From positions 1 through 64,000 of IMG/VR virus record IMGVR_UViG_3300028844_005756: a DNA stretch of 64,000 bases; one strand, given 5' to 3'. Position numbers and translations under genes: made by a program. Origin of the DNA: a virus. Each line of letters starts with the position of its first letter. The stretch's first letter is position 1. The notes beneath the pieces were generated by a model. It had not been told where the DNA came from and ran no database searches. It saw nothing but the letters and a program-made list of their open reading frames with translations. Positions 1 through 8,952 of this stretch are shown here, piece after piece.

Positions 1-30
1 TTTGAGTTGGGTCAATCAAACTATAGAAAT

Positions 31-60
31 AAGTATATCAGACTTGAAAGAAATGTCAAG
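31..60 (-). promoter_or_regulatory. sigma70-like early promoter pointing out of the window
   Basis: Minus strand reads CTTGACAtttctttcaagtcTGaTATACT, the same family as promoters at 21620, 24187, 36656 and 37123. Confidence 0.75.
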
Positions 61-402
61 TTATTTTTTTAATTTTTTATGTAATTTTTGATGTGTAAAC
101 CATGCATCGGCATTAAAACTTTTGTCACAAACATATATATCAAAGTGTGGTTTTCCTCCAACAGTTACACTTGTGTGCTTACATCCCCATTCTTTTATTT
201 GTTTATTTGTCAATTCAGTCCAGTCTATACCACTTCTGGCTCCTCTTGCAGTCCAATAATGTATCTCATGACCTTCATCATATAAAGAATTTAAATACAT
301 AATCCGTTCATATATTGGCTTATGATTCGGATAGTCTTTGGAACCATCTGCCATTTTAACTTCTTCACAAATGGTTCCATCTATGTCTACGTATATAATC
401 AT
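61..402 (-). CDS. small HAD-superfamily phosphatase-like protein
   Basis: N-terminal VDIDGT (DxDGT), WTARG, GKP..D.Y.CDK motifs. Confidence 0.75.
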   Translation of the reverse strand: MIIYVDIDGTICEEVKMADGSKDYPNHKPIYERIMYLNSLYDEGHEIHYWTARGARSGIDWTELTNKQIKEWGCKHTSVTVGGKPHFDIYVCDKSFNADAWFTHQKLHKKLKK

Positions 403-776
403 ACGGCTCTTTCACGATAATTTTTGATTGCGGCTTTAATAGCATCTTCTGCTAAAACAGAACAATGAATTTTAACGGGAGGTAGAGAGAGTTCTTCAAC
501 TATTTCAGTATTTTTTATTTCAAGTGCCTCATCTATTGTTTTTCCTTTTACCCATTCAGTTGCTAAACTGGAACTAGCAATTGCACTTCCACAACCAAAT
601 GTTTTAAATTTAGCGTCAACTATTCTATCGTTTTCTACTTTGATTTGTAGTTTCATTACATCACCACATTCAGGTGCGCCTACTAATCCTGTACCAATAT
701 TTTCATCATCTTTAGAAAAACTTCCTACATTTTTTGGGTCATTATAATGGTCCAAGACTTCTTTGCTGTATGACAT
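399..776 (-). CDS. iscU: Fe-S cluster scaffold IscU
   Basis: YSKEVLDHY, GAPECGDVMKLQI, FKTFGCGSAIASSS, LPPVKIHCSVLAEDA. Start at 776 preferred over the track's 785. Confidence 0.97.
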   Translation of the reverse strand: MSYSKEVLDHYNDPKNVGSFSKDDENIGTGLVGAPECGDVMKLQIKVENDRIVDAKFKTFGCGSAIASSSLATEWVKGKTIDEALEIKNTEIVEELSLPPVKIHCSVLAEDAIKAAIKNYRERAV

Positions 777-777
777 A

Positions 778-1131
778 TTATTCAATTCCTAATTTAAAAT
801 TAGAATTTAACGGTTGAAAAGATTCTCCACAACCACATTGTCCTGAATTAGTTAAAAAAACAAACCCTTGTTCAATTAAATTATCATCCTTATAATCTAT
901 AGTAATAGAACCTATAACGTTTGTCAATAGTTCTTTATCAATGATTATTCTACCACCTTCAAATGTAACATCATTGAGTTTGAGGTCATTAGTTGATTCA
1001 AGTGTCCATCTCCATCCCGAACATCCTCCTGGATTTGCTCCAACTCTTATAAATTTTTCATCTGCTTCATAAAATATATTTTTTGCTTTTTCTGTAATAG
1101 AAATTGTAAAATCTTTATCTCCAATAATCAA
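778..1131 (-). CDS. iscA: IscA/HesB-family A-type Fe-S carrier
   Basis: GGCSG and CGCGESF motifs; TTG start after GAGG. Confidence 0.9.
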   Translation of the reverse strand: MIIGDKDFTISITEKAKNIFYEADEKFIRVGANPGGCSGWRWTLESTNDLKLNDVTFEGGRIIIDKELLTNVIGSITIDYKDDNLIEQGFVFLTNSGQCGCGESFQPLNSNFKLGIE

Positions 1132-1140
1132 TTTTACCTC

Positions 1141-1248
1141 TTAGCGATGATGTAAAACATATCTGACTACATTATATTTTATATTAAAATTATCTGCACT
1201 TTCTTTTTCTTCTTTATATTTTTCAGAATCCAATCCTTCAGTTGTCAT
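1141..1248 (-). CDS. 35-aa hypothetical protein (not in ORF track)
   Basis: ATG preceded by AAGGAGG; MTTEGLDSEKYKEKK...HHR*; fills the gap in the operon. Confidence 0.5.
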   Translation of the reverse strand: MTTEGLDSEKYKEEKESADNFNIKYNVVRYVLHHR

Positions 1249-1275
1249 ACCTCCTTGTTTGATTTATTGTTATCA

Positions 1276-1599
1276 CTAAATCCATAAATTACAATAGTAT
1301 TTACCAAACAACAAAAGTCCATTATCAACTCTTTTTCTCTTTTCTGTGCTTAATAATATAATGTTATCTTCCTTCACTTTTTCAAATGCATAAATCATTT
1401 CATCCAAAACATAGTGCCATCTTTTTTCTAAAAATTCTATATCAGTGTCATTAACTGGAGAATCATCTTCTAATTTTAATTCTTCAGGTACATCATCACT
1501 TGATACAAATGGAACAGAATATACATTATCCTTTCTTAACTTAACAAGTGCTGGATGAATAACCTGAGAAAGTTTATAATCTTCCGCTTTCTTCTGCAT
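1276..1599 (-). CDS. conserved T4-like phage hypothetical protein, possibly N-terminally split
   Basis: DDVPEEL...KRWHYVLDEMIYAFE...RVDNGLLLFGKYY.NLW motif recognisable from myophage proteins. Confidence 0.6.
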   Translation of the reverse strand: MQKKAEDYKLSQVIHPALVKLRKDNVYSVPFVSSDDVPEELKLEDDSPVNDTDIEFLEKRWHYVLDEMIYAFEKVKEDNIILLSTEKRKRVDNGLLLFGKYYCNLWI

Positions 1600-1679
1600 C
1601 TACAAGCCAATCATAAAAAAAATGCAAGTAACTACGATAACCACACAAATAAACTTTCATGATATTTTCCTTTTAATAA

Positions 1680-2621
1680 TCAACTTTCTAATACACCCAA
1701 AACTTCATAATTTAAATTAACAGATTTTAAATTTTTAGGATCAACTACTAAAACCATTCCTAAACCACAATTAAATGTGCTTCTCATTTCATCATTTGTT
1801 AATGATGTTTTTTCTTGTAACCAACTAAACAATTCTTCATGTGCAAAATAAATTTTTGATTCTGATTTCCAGTTTATAGAATGTTTAGATGAAATACTTC
1901 TATTAATATTATTCCAACCACCTCCAGTAATGTGAGCAACTGCTTTAATATCTACTAATTTTTTTCTAAATTCATCTAAATCATTTTTATATATTTTAGT
2001 TGGTTTTAACAAATTATTTAACAGTTCTTCTGTTATTTTAATTTTATAGTCATCTTTTAGTAATTTGTTTATTAAACTAAAACCATTACTATGAAGACCG
2101 GTACTATAAAGTCCAATTAAAATATCATTCTTTTTAATTTTCTTTGTATTTTCATCTAATTTTGTACCTACTCCAAATCCACAAACATCAAAGTTTTTAT
2201 TTGTTTTAAACATTTCTGGTAATTCAGCAGTTTCACCTCCTACTAATTTTACATTTATATTTTTACAAGCACTATCTATACCTGCTATTACTTCCAGATA
2301 AAAAGATTCATTTAACTCACCTGTTGCAAAATAATCCATAAAAAAAAGAGGTTCTGCATTTTCACATAAAATATCATTCATTACCATAGCTACACAATCT
2401 TCTCCAATTGAATTCATTGGACGTTGATAAACTTCTTTAGCATATTTTGCAAGTAATACTTTTGTACCTACCCCATCACAACTCATAACAAGACTACCAT
2501 TTGACCATTGCGGAAGAACACACGTAGCTGAAAATTTACCAATTTGGTCTGAATAAGTTTTTATTTTATCTACAAGATTATTTGCCAAATTTACATCAAC
2601 TCCAGCATCTTTATAATTCAT
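1680..2621 (-). CDS. purM: AIR synthetase PurM
   Basis: YKDAGVD, DGVGTK, GGETAELP, GLHSNGFSL, AHITGGG, TFNCGLGM. Confidence 0.97.
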   Translation of the reverse strand: MNYKDAGVDVNLANNLVDKIKTYSDQIGKFSATCVLPQWSNGSLVMSCDGVGTKVLLAKYAKEVYQRPMNSIGEDCVAMVMNDILCENAEPLFFMDYFATGELNESFYLEVIAGIDSACKNINVKLVGGETAELPEMFKTNKNFDVCGFGVGTKLDENTKKIKKNDILIGLYSTGLHSNGFSLINKLLKDDYKIKITEELLNNLLKPTKIYKNDLDEFRKKLVDIKAVAHITGGGWNNINRSISSKHSINWKSESKIYFAHEELFSWLQEKTSLTNDEMRSTFNCGLGMVLVVDPKNLKSVNLNYEVLGVLES

Positions 2622-2623
2622 AA

Positions 2624-3241
2624 TTACCTTAATAAGAATTTATCTATTATTATATAACCATCTTTACTTTTGTGATGACTTTCAAAAGCACGTTCTGGAT
2701 GAGGCATTAATCCAAGAACATTACCTTTATTGTTGTATATGCCAGCTATAGCATGTAGACTTCCGTTTGGATTGAGTGGTTTGTAGCGCCAAGCTACTTC
2801 AAAATTAAAATGATCATTTTTATTACAATAAAACTGTCCGTCTCCATGTGCAATTGGTACAGTAATGTTTTTTAGATGATTATCATATAATTCAACTTCT
2901 TTGCATATGAATTTTAAAGTATTATTTTTTCTCAGTGTGCCGGTTAATATCTTTCTCTCACATAGAATCTGAAATCCATTACATATTCCTAAAACTTTTC
3001 TACCATCATTGGCATATTTTTCAATATCATTCATTGCTGGACTTAAACTTGCAAGAATACCGGCACGTAAATAATCTCCATAACTAAATCCACCTGGTAA
3101 AACATACATATCTAATTTTGGAACAGAACTTTCTTTGTGCCAAATTGTAGATACTTGGAATTCCTTATAAGTCTTTAAAAATCTAATAGTTTCTTGCTCA
3201 CAATTGGAACCAGGAAATATAACAACTCCAACCTTATACAT
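2624..3241 (-). CDS. purQ: FGAM synthase glutaminase subunit PurQ
   Basis: FPGSNC, PGGFSYGDYLRAG, GICNGFQIL, GLMPHPER. Confidence 0.97.
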   Translation of the reverse strand: MYKVGVVIFPGSNCEQETIRFLKTYKEFQVSTIWHKESSVPKLDMYVLPGGFSYGDYLRAGILASLSPAMNDIEKYANDGRKVLGICNGFQILCERKILTGTLRKNNTLKFICKEVELYDNHLKNITVPIAHGDGQFYCNKNDHFNFEVAWRYKPLNPNGSLHAIAGIYNNKGNVLGLMPHPERAFESHHKSKDGYIIIDKFLLR

Positions 3242-4833
3242 TAATCCTCCATTAAACCAATTGCTCCAAATACTGGAGTAGGTAATATATTTTGTCCTGA
3301 TGTTTCATTATAGAAACTCACATTGCCGCTGACAACAGGAAAGTCCAGTTTCTCACAGATTCTAGCCATTGCATCTATAGTTTCTTTAAACTCAAACATA
3401 ATCTCAGGGTTCTCAGGATTGCCGAAATTCAAACAATTTGTTAATGCTATAGGTTTAGCACCAATAGAAACTAATTTATCATAAACTGAAACTATACAAT
3501 TCTCTGCTCCTTGGTCTGGATTAATATAACTCTGATATGGAAAGCTATCAGTATAAATTGCAATTTGTTTATCTTTACCTCTGGCATCTTTTCTAGGTAT
3601 TCTGACAATAGCTACATCATCTCTAATACCCTTTATTGTATTACCTTGAACTTCACTATCATATTGAGAATGAATTAATTCTGAACTATAAAAATAATTC
3701 TCCTGTGCTTCTTCTCTTTCAAATATTGGTTTCCAGGGTCTTTCCATTTCTGGATATTCTAAAGCACTAAGCGGAAAATTACAACAAACATTACCATCCT
3801 TATACACTGTAAAATTTCCATCTTCTGTTGTATGACCAATTTCTACACAATCCAAATCCCATTTATCAAAAATAGCTTTAGCTTCTTCTATTCCCCGATC
3901 GTGCAAAACAAACAACATTCTTTCCTGAGATTCACTGAGTAAAATCTCCCAAGCTTCCATACCTGTTTCTCTTAACGGAACTTTATCTAGATTTAATTCT
4001 ATACCACATGTTCCTTTAAATAATGCAGAGCCTCCTTTTATACCTATTTCAGTAGAAGAACTGGTAAGTCCTGCTGCTCCCATATCTTGTGCGGCAATCA
4101 CATGTTCTGTTTTTGCTAGTTCAAGACAGGCTTCTATTAACAACTTTTCTAGATATGGATCTCCCACTTGTACAGTAGGGCGTAAATCTACACCATCTGT
4201 GAAACTATCACTTGCCATTACTGCTCCGCCAATACCATCTCTTCCTGTCTTAGCACCGACATATAATAATCTTCCCGGATTTTTGGCTACACTTTTTATA
4301 ATACGTTCTCTAGTATGACCAATTGCCATTGCATTTACTAGTGGATTTTTTTCATATCTTTCATTAAACTTTATTTTACTACTGACAGTGGGTACACCTA
4401 CACAATTTCCATAGTGTGTTAATCCTGCAATCACTCCATCCATAACACGTTTACTATCATCAGAAAATGCAGGGTCTCCGAAAAATAAATTATTGGTAAG
4501 TGCAATAGGTCTAAATCCCATTGTAAAGATATCACGTAGAATACCACCAACTCCGGTTGCTGCACCTTGAAATGGTTCAATATAACTTGGGTGATTATGT
4601 GACTCCATTTTAAATGCGACTTTATCAGTGCCACCAATACTAATTACTCCAGCGTTTTCACCAGGACTTGAAAAAACATATTTGTTATCTGTGTATAATC
4701 TACGTAAATGAGGCTTGCTTGTTTTATAACTGCAATGTTCACTCCACATTGCATCAAAAACGGATTCTTCTGTATGATTCGGTTTTCTATTTAATCTTTT
4801 TTCAATTTCAATTAGTTCATCTTTAGTCAACAT
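3241..4833 (-). CDS. purL: FGAM synthase small-type PurL, C-terminally shortened
   Basis: MWSEHCSYK, KMESHNHPS, GAATGVGGILRD, QDMGAAGL, SESQERM, VSGNVSFYNET, PTP. Confidence 0.96.
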   Translation of the reverse strand: MLTKDELIEIEKRLNRKPNHTEESVFDAMWSEHCSYKTSKPHLRRLYTDNKYVFSSPGENAGVISIGGTDKVAFKMESHNHPSYIEPFQGAATGVGGILRDIFTMGFRPIALTNNLFFGDPAFSDDSKRVMDGVIAGLTHYGNCVGVPTVSSKIKFNERYEKNPLVNAMAIGHTRERIIKSVAKNPGRLLYVGAKTGRDGIGGAVMASDSFTDGVDLRPTVQVGDPYLEKLLIEACLELAKTEHVIAAQDMGAAGLTSSSTEIGIKGGSALFKGTCGIELNLDKVPLRETGMEAWEILLSESQERMLFVLHDRGIEEAKAIFDKWDLDCVEIGHTTEDGNFTVYKDGNVCCNFPLSALEYPEMERPWKPIFEREEAQENYFYSSELIHSQYDSEVQGNTIKGIRDDVAIVRIPRKDARGKDKQIAIYTDSFPYQSYINPDQGAENCIVSVYDKLVSIGAKPIALTNCLNFGNPENPEIMFEFKETIDAMARICEKLDFPVVSGNVSFYNETSGQNILPTPVFGAIGLMED

Positions 4834-5044
4834 ATTTTACTTCATAATCATAGAGTAATTCGTTTACAAAAAGTTTTTTAGCAATATCATCAACGTCAGC
4901 ATCATTCTCTATTTCTAGATAATAAATCTCCCCTACGGAAATGTGAGTGATTTTTAAATCTTTTCCTACGGAGTTCAGTATTGTTTCCCCTTCTACGTCT
5001 TTGATTCCACTCCGAAGCTTTGTTTGAATTGCCACTTTTTTCAT
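4823..5044 (-). CDS. purS: FGAM synthase subunit PurS
   Basis: 73 aa directly upstream of purL; GIKDVEGETI and KLFVNELLYDY match PurS D.xG / L.N motifs. Confidence 0.85.
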   Translation of the reverse strand: MKKVAIQTKLRSGIKDVEGETILNSVGKDLKITHISVGEIYYLEIENDADVDDIAKKLFVNELLYDYEVKYVD

Positions 5045-6269
5045 TTTTGCCTATGTCCTTTCTGTAGATCATATTATCAAAATTGATTTTATTCACTGCA
5101 TTATACACGTTTTCTCTAGCTTTGTCAAGTGTTTTTTCAAATGTTGTTACATTTAATACTCTTCCACCATTTGTTTTGTATTTTTGAGATTGTTCATCAA
5201 ATACGGTTCCCGCGTGAAATACTTGAACACTATTATCAATTTTATCTAAACCTTCAATGCAATAACCATGTTCATATTTTTGAGGATATCCTTGTGAACA
5301 TAAAGAAACTGTAATAGCATATCCTTCATGAAATTTTGGGTCGGGTAAATTATCTAATGTTCCTTCAGAAATTGCCTTTAAATACGGAGCTAAGTCATCT
5401 TTCATAAGCATCATTAGTACTTGACATTCAGGGTCTCCAAATCTAACATTATATTCTAAGACAAAAGGACCATTTTCATTTATCATTAATCCTATATATA
5501 ATATTCCTTTATATCTACAACCTTCTAAACGCATTCCATTTAATGTAGGTTTTATAATAGTATCTTCTATTCTTTTTTTCATTTTATCAGTGACAAGTGG
5601 ATGTGGAGCAATAGCACCCATTCCGCCTGTATTTGGTCCTTCATCACCATCATTTATTCTTTTATAATCTTTACAAAATGGTAATATTTTATAGCTATCT
5701 CCGTCTGACATGACAAAACAACTTGCTTCAAAACCAAATACATAGTCTTCAAATAATACTTTATTAGAAGAAGATTTAAAAATATTATTAATAAAGATAG
5801 GTGGAATATTCCTCCAAGCTTCTTCTTGAGTTCTTGCAATTACTACTCCCTTTCCTCCACAAAGTCCATCTTCTTTTATTACTACTGGATAATATGGATT
5901 TTCTAAATCTAGTGGTTTAATACTTATAATTTTGTGGGAACGATTATTACGCATGATATCAAGGTCAAGCAACGCTTGATTCATACCATCAGGATTTCTA
6001 GTATACGTCATCCATCTTGCAGTGGGTATATCCCATCGTTGCATAAACTGTTTGGCCCACAATTTACTAGATTCTAATCTAGCCGCAAGCATACTAGGCG
6101 CAACTATTCTTATGAAACCATGTCTATCGGCAATACCATCTGCAATAGGTCCTTCAGGACCTACGACAGTTAATTCTTGCAAATCATTTACAATTTCATG
6201 ACAATGTTTTGTTAATTTCCATTTTATTGCAGATTCTCTGCCACCATTTCCTACAATTTTTACTCTCAC
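4902..6269 (-). CDS. purD: phosphoribosylamine-glycine ligase PurD
   Basis: GNGGRE, VVGPE, LESSK, GKGV, DYKR..DGDEGPNTGGMGA, EYNVRFGDPE, FHAGT, GGRVL, YRKDIG. Confidence 0.96.
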   Translation of the reverse strand: MRVKIVGNGGRESAIKWKLTKHCHEIVNDLQELTVVGPEGPIADGIADRHGFIRIVAPSMLAARLESSKLWAKQFMQRWDIPTARWMTYTRNPDGMNQALLDLDIMRNNRSHKIISIKPLDLENPYYPVVIKEDGLCGGKGVVIARTQEEAWRNIPPIFINNIFKSSSNKVLFEDYVFGFEASCFVMSDGDSYKILPFCKDYKRINDGDEGPNTGGMGAIAPHPLVTDKMKKRIEDTIIKPTLNGMRLEGCRYKGILYIGLMINENGPFVLEYNVRFGDPECQVLMMLMKDDLAPYLKAISEGTLDNLPDPKFHEGYAITVSLCSQGYPQKYEHGYCIEGLDKIDNSVQVFHAGTVFDEQSQKYKTNGGRVLNVTTFEKTLDKARENVYNAVNKINFDNMIYRKDIGKNEKSGNSNKASEWNQRRRRGNNTELRRKRFKNHSHFRRGDLLSRNRE

Positions 6270-6289
6270 ATTACAATCTCATATGTATA

Positions 6290-6823
6290 TTAAAATATAT
6301 TATTATCAACTACAGTAACATTTCCATCTTCATAATAAGTATTAAATTCAGAATTAATAATGTCTATATCTTTTTCTTGCTTTACTCTTTCGGAAATTAA
6401 TTTTTGATGAAGTGTAGTATTGTTTAGTGCTAATATTTGAAGAGATAAAAGAGCCGCATTTTTAGAATTGTTAATCGCTACTGTTGCGACAGGCACACCT
6501 CTTGGCATTTGCACAATAGATAATAAACTATCCAATCCTTCAGCAGTAGAGGTTCTTACTGGAACACCGATTACAGGAATTGTAGTTAATGCAGCAAACA
6601 TTCCTGGTAAATGTGCTGCTCCACCAGCACCGGCAATAATTACTTTAAATCCATTTTGAATAGCATTTTTAGCATATGTAGCCATTTTCAAAGGTGTTCT
6701 ATGTGCGGATAGAATTTTTTTTTCGTGGGGAATATTATATTCTTGGAGTGTGTCACATGCGGGTTTCATGATATCCCAATCACTTTTACTTCCCATAACA
6801 ACACTAACAATCGGATTTAACAT
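6290..6823 (-). CDS. purE: N5-CAIR mutase PurE
   Basis: [40 protein letters not shown]; ATG at 6823 after AAGGA. Confidence 0.97.
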   Translation of the reverse strand: MLNPIVSVVMGSKSDWDIMKPACDTLQEYNIPHEKKILSAHRTPLKMATYAKNAIQNGFKVIIAGAGGAAHLPGMFAALTTIPVIGVPVRTSTAEGLDSLLSIVQMPRGVPVATVAINNSKNAALLSLQILALNNTTLHQKLISERVKQEKDIDIINSEFNTYYEDGNVTVVDNNIF

Positions 6824-6957
6824 GTCATTTCCTTTCAATTAAAAATCTTCAACTATAAAAGAAGATTAACATTTATAAAAAATTACAATCTCATAAAAAA
6901 TACATTGATATTTTTTTATATAAATTAAGCGGCTAATAAATTATAAGAAGTCAAGTA

Positions 6958-7170
6958 TTATTTTTTATACTCTGGCAAATCTTTATGTTTAGTAGATGCA
7001 AATTTCTTTGCATCTTTCATAGACATACCTTTAGCTATCTTTTTTACTTCATCAGAAGCATCTTTCATTCGGCCTTTTTTATAGGCGTATACCATACCCA
7101 TTAGTCTTTGTTGACTTTTAGATAAGGATTTCTCTAGGATAACTTCCCAGAATTCACTGTATCGTTTCAT
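6958..7170 (-). CDS. small basic putative internal head protein (DUF3008-like)
   Basis: MKRYSEF...ILE leader; SKSQQRLMGMV...FASTKHKDLP module. Confidence 0.6.
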   Translation of the reverse strand: MKRYSEFWEVILEKSLSKSQQRLMGMVYAYKKGRMKDASDEVKKIAKGMSMKDAKKFASTKHKDLPEYKK

Positions 7171-7331
7171 TTATCTTTTTTATCATCATCTTTTTTATCT
7201 TCTTCTTTGTCATCTGCAGCTTTCTCCATAGATTCTTCTTTATCACCATCTTTATCTATATCAAGAAAATCTGGTTTCTTTTTCTTGGCGGCTTCTGTGA
7301 TTTGGTCTAAAAATAGTTTAAATGACTTCAT
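7167..7331 (-). CDS. 54-aa D/K-rich putative internal head protein (not in ORF track)
   Basis: MKSFKLFLDQITEAAKKKKPDFLDIDKDGDKEESMEKAADDKEEDKKDDDKKDK*; ATGA overlap with the next gene. Confidence 0.7.
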   Translation of the reverse strand: MKSFKLFLDQITEAAKKKKPDFLDIDKDGDKEESMEKAADDKEEDKKDDDKKDK

Positions 7332-7382
7332 GTTCTGTTAGATTAAAGTTAAAATATAATTTATATATATTTAGCAGGTTTA

Positions 7383-7832
7383 TTAGTTGACCTGTATAGG
7401 AATTAATTTTAGTCCAATGATATCAGCTAGTCCAGCTGTATCTTCATTACTAAGTGCAATTGCATTTCTATTTCCCAAAACATAACGATATGAATCCATA
7501 GTTGTTGCTTTAACTTCAACTTGTTCTAGTTGTCCTCTGGCAATCTTTTCTTCTATTTTTCTTTTAAGAAGATGTGGAGGTAAAACGGATATTTCACGTA
7601 CTACCGAATCTAATAAAGTTGAATCTTTACCATATAAAACAATGACTAAAGTTGTTTGAACACCTTGAATAGTATCTGTTCTACCTTCCAAAAAATACAT
7701 AAGTTCTTCACCCTCAACTTGTGTTAGTTTATTCTGAGGATGAACGGCTATAGAATTTTGAGCTTGTATAGTTGTAGTTGTTAATAAAAAAGCTACTGCT
7801 AAATTAAAAAACGTAAGTAATAGAGACCGCAT
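7383..7832 (-). CDS. exported small periplasmic-binding-protein-like (short PstS-like) protein
   Basis: Signal peptide (..IQA|Q); IAVHPQN..., YVLGNRNAIAL resemble the ~140-aa porin-associated PBP family. Confidence 0.55.
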   Translation of the reverse strand: MRSLLLTFFNLAVAFLLTTTTIQAQNSIAVHPQNKLTQVEGEELMYFLEGRTDTIQGVQTTLVIVLYGKDSTLLDSVVREISVLPPHLLKRKIEEKIARGQLEQVEVKATTMDSYRYVLGNRNAIALSNEDTAGLADIIGLKLIPIQVN

Positions 7833-8952
7833 AGATATCCCAGTATTCCTTTAGATTATTTGTAATTGCTCTTCTGTTTTCTTTCCACGTTAATTGATGT
7901 GTGCCGTTAGAATTACCATACTGACCTTTAAGAATCAAATTATCAAGATAGTCATAAGAAACACCAGCCCCCCTATGAGTTTCTTCTTCGGTATCTTCTA
8001 TGTTATCAAATCCGTAATTTGCCCATAATTTATATTTATAAGTACGATATTGAACCATTGTATTCCAAAACTGTTGTTTGGATGTAGGTAATCTAAATCC
8101 GTAAAACTGTTGCATTAAATCATTTGCAGTTCCATCAGCTTGTCTTAATCTATCTATTTTTTCTACAGTAAAAATATAATTATCCCAATAGTATTCTGCA
8201 GCATTGTATCTGTAAATATAATTTAAATCAACTTCTTTATATGTTTTTTGACTATCTGGTATAAATGGATTTAAACTATAGAATTCTGGAGTTACAAAGA
8301 AGTCAGCAGTGATACTACTTTCTATTTGACGATATCTAAAACTACGATAATTTGCTTCTAATTGATATCCATAATTAACATTCTGTTGTACTGGTTCCAT
8401 ACCAACAAAATCTTGTACGTAATCTTCTTTCGGTCTTAAATCAGTATTTTTACCAGTTAAATATTCTAACTCTAAACAGAGTCCTCCAATGTGATATCTA
8501 CCAAATAAAGAATGTCCATCAATTGATGTTAAAAGTTTTCTTGAATTTTGCCATACCATATTTGTTGGATAATATTGTAGAACAAATGGTCTTTCTGGTG
8601 CAAACTTTGTATCACTCCAAAATCCAAAAGGAACACTCAATCTACCAACTCGGTATCCACCACCAAAATCTCTATTCTTAAAATCTGCTTGTACAAATGA
8701 ATAGTTAAAGTCTAAGTATCTTTCATCATCATATGCAGTTTCAAAAGCAAACAATGAATTCCAATGTAAGTTTTTTGTTATACCTACATTTAGTTGTAAA
8801 CCAGCTTCTATATTTGTATATTCTTCTGGTACTTTGTTTTCTGATGTTTCTACATAGCTAGTAGTTAACCATGAACGTGTATTTAAACGCAATTCAGCGT
8901 ACAATAAACTGTACACTAAACAAAAGATTAGTGTGAGTATAATTTTTTTCAT
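7804..8952 (-). CDS. outer-membrane beta-barrel (porin-like) protein
   Basis: Signal peptide, alternating aromatic beta-strands, RVGRLSVPFG motif, C-terminal Bam signal YAVSITYVF. Confidence 0.75.
   Translation of the reverse strand: MKKIILTLIFCLVYSLLYAELRLNTRSWLTTSYVETSENKVPEEYTNIEAGLQLNVGITKNLHWNSLFAFETAYDDERYLDFNYSFVQADFKNRDFGGGYRVGRLSVPFGFWSDTKFAPERPFVLQYYPTNMVWQNSRKLLTSIDGHSLFGRYHIGGLCLELEYLTGKNTDLRPKEDYVQDFVGMEPVQQNVNYGYQLEANYRSFRYRQIESSITADFFVTPEFYSLNPFIPDSQKTYKEVDLNYIYRYNAAEYYWDNYIFTVEKIDRLRQADGTANDLMQQFYGFRLPTSKQQFWNTMVQYRTYKYKLWANYGFDNIEDTEEETHRGAGVSYDYLDNLILKGQYGNSNGTHQLTWKENRRAITNNLKEYWDIYAVSITYVF

Noticed and set aside
1597-1602. TAG recoding
   Set aside because: Long conserved genes are intact under the standard code, and TAG serves as a coupled stop at 19067
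6840-6957. Purine or ZTP riboswitch upstream of purE
   Set aside because: Very AT-rich with only one weak hairpin (6844-6867) and no riboswitch consensus
1-7000. Host chromosome segment or prophage boundary
   Set aside because: Composition matches the phage genes, the enzymes are streamlined, phage-type promoters and genes flank the block, and no integrase or att site is visible
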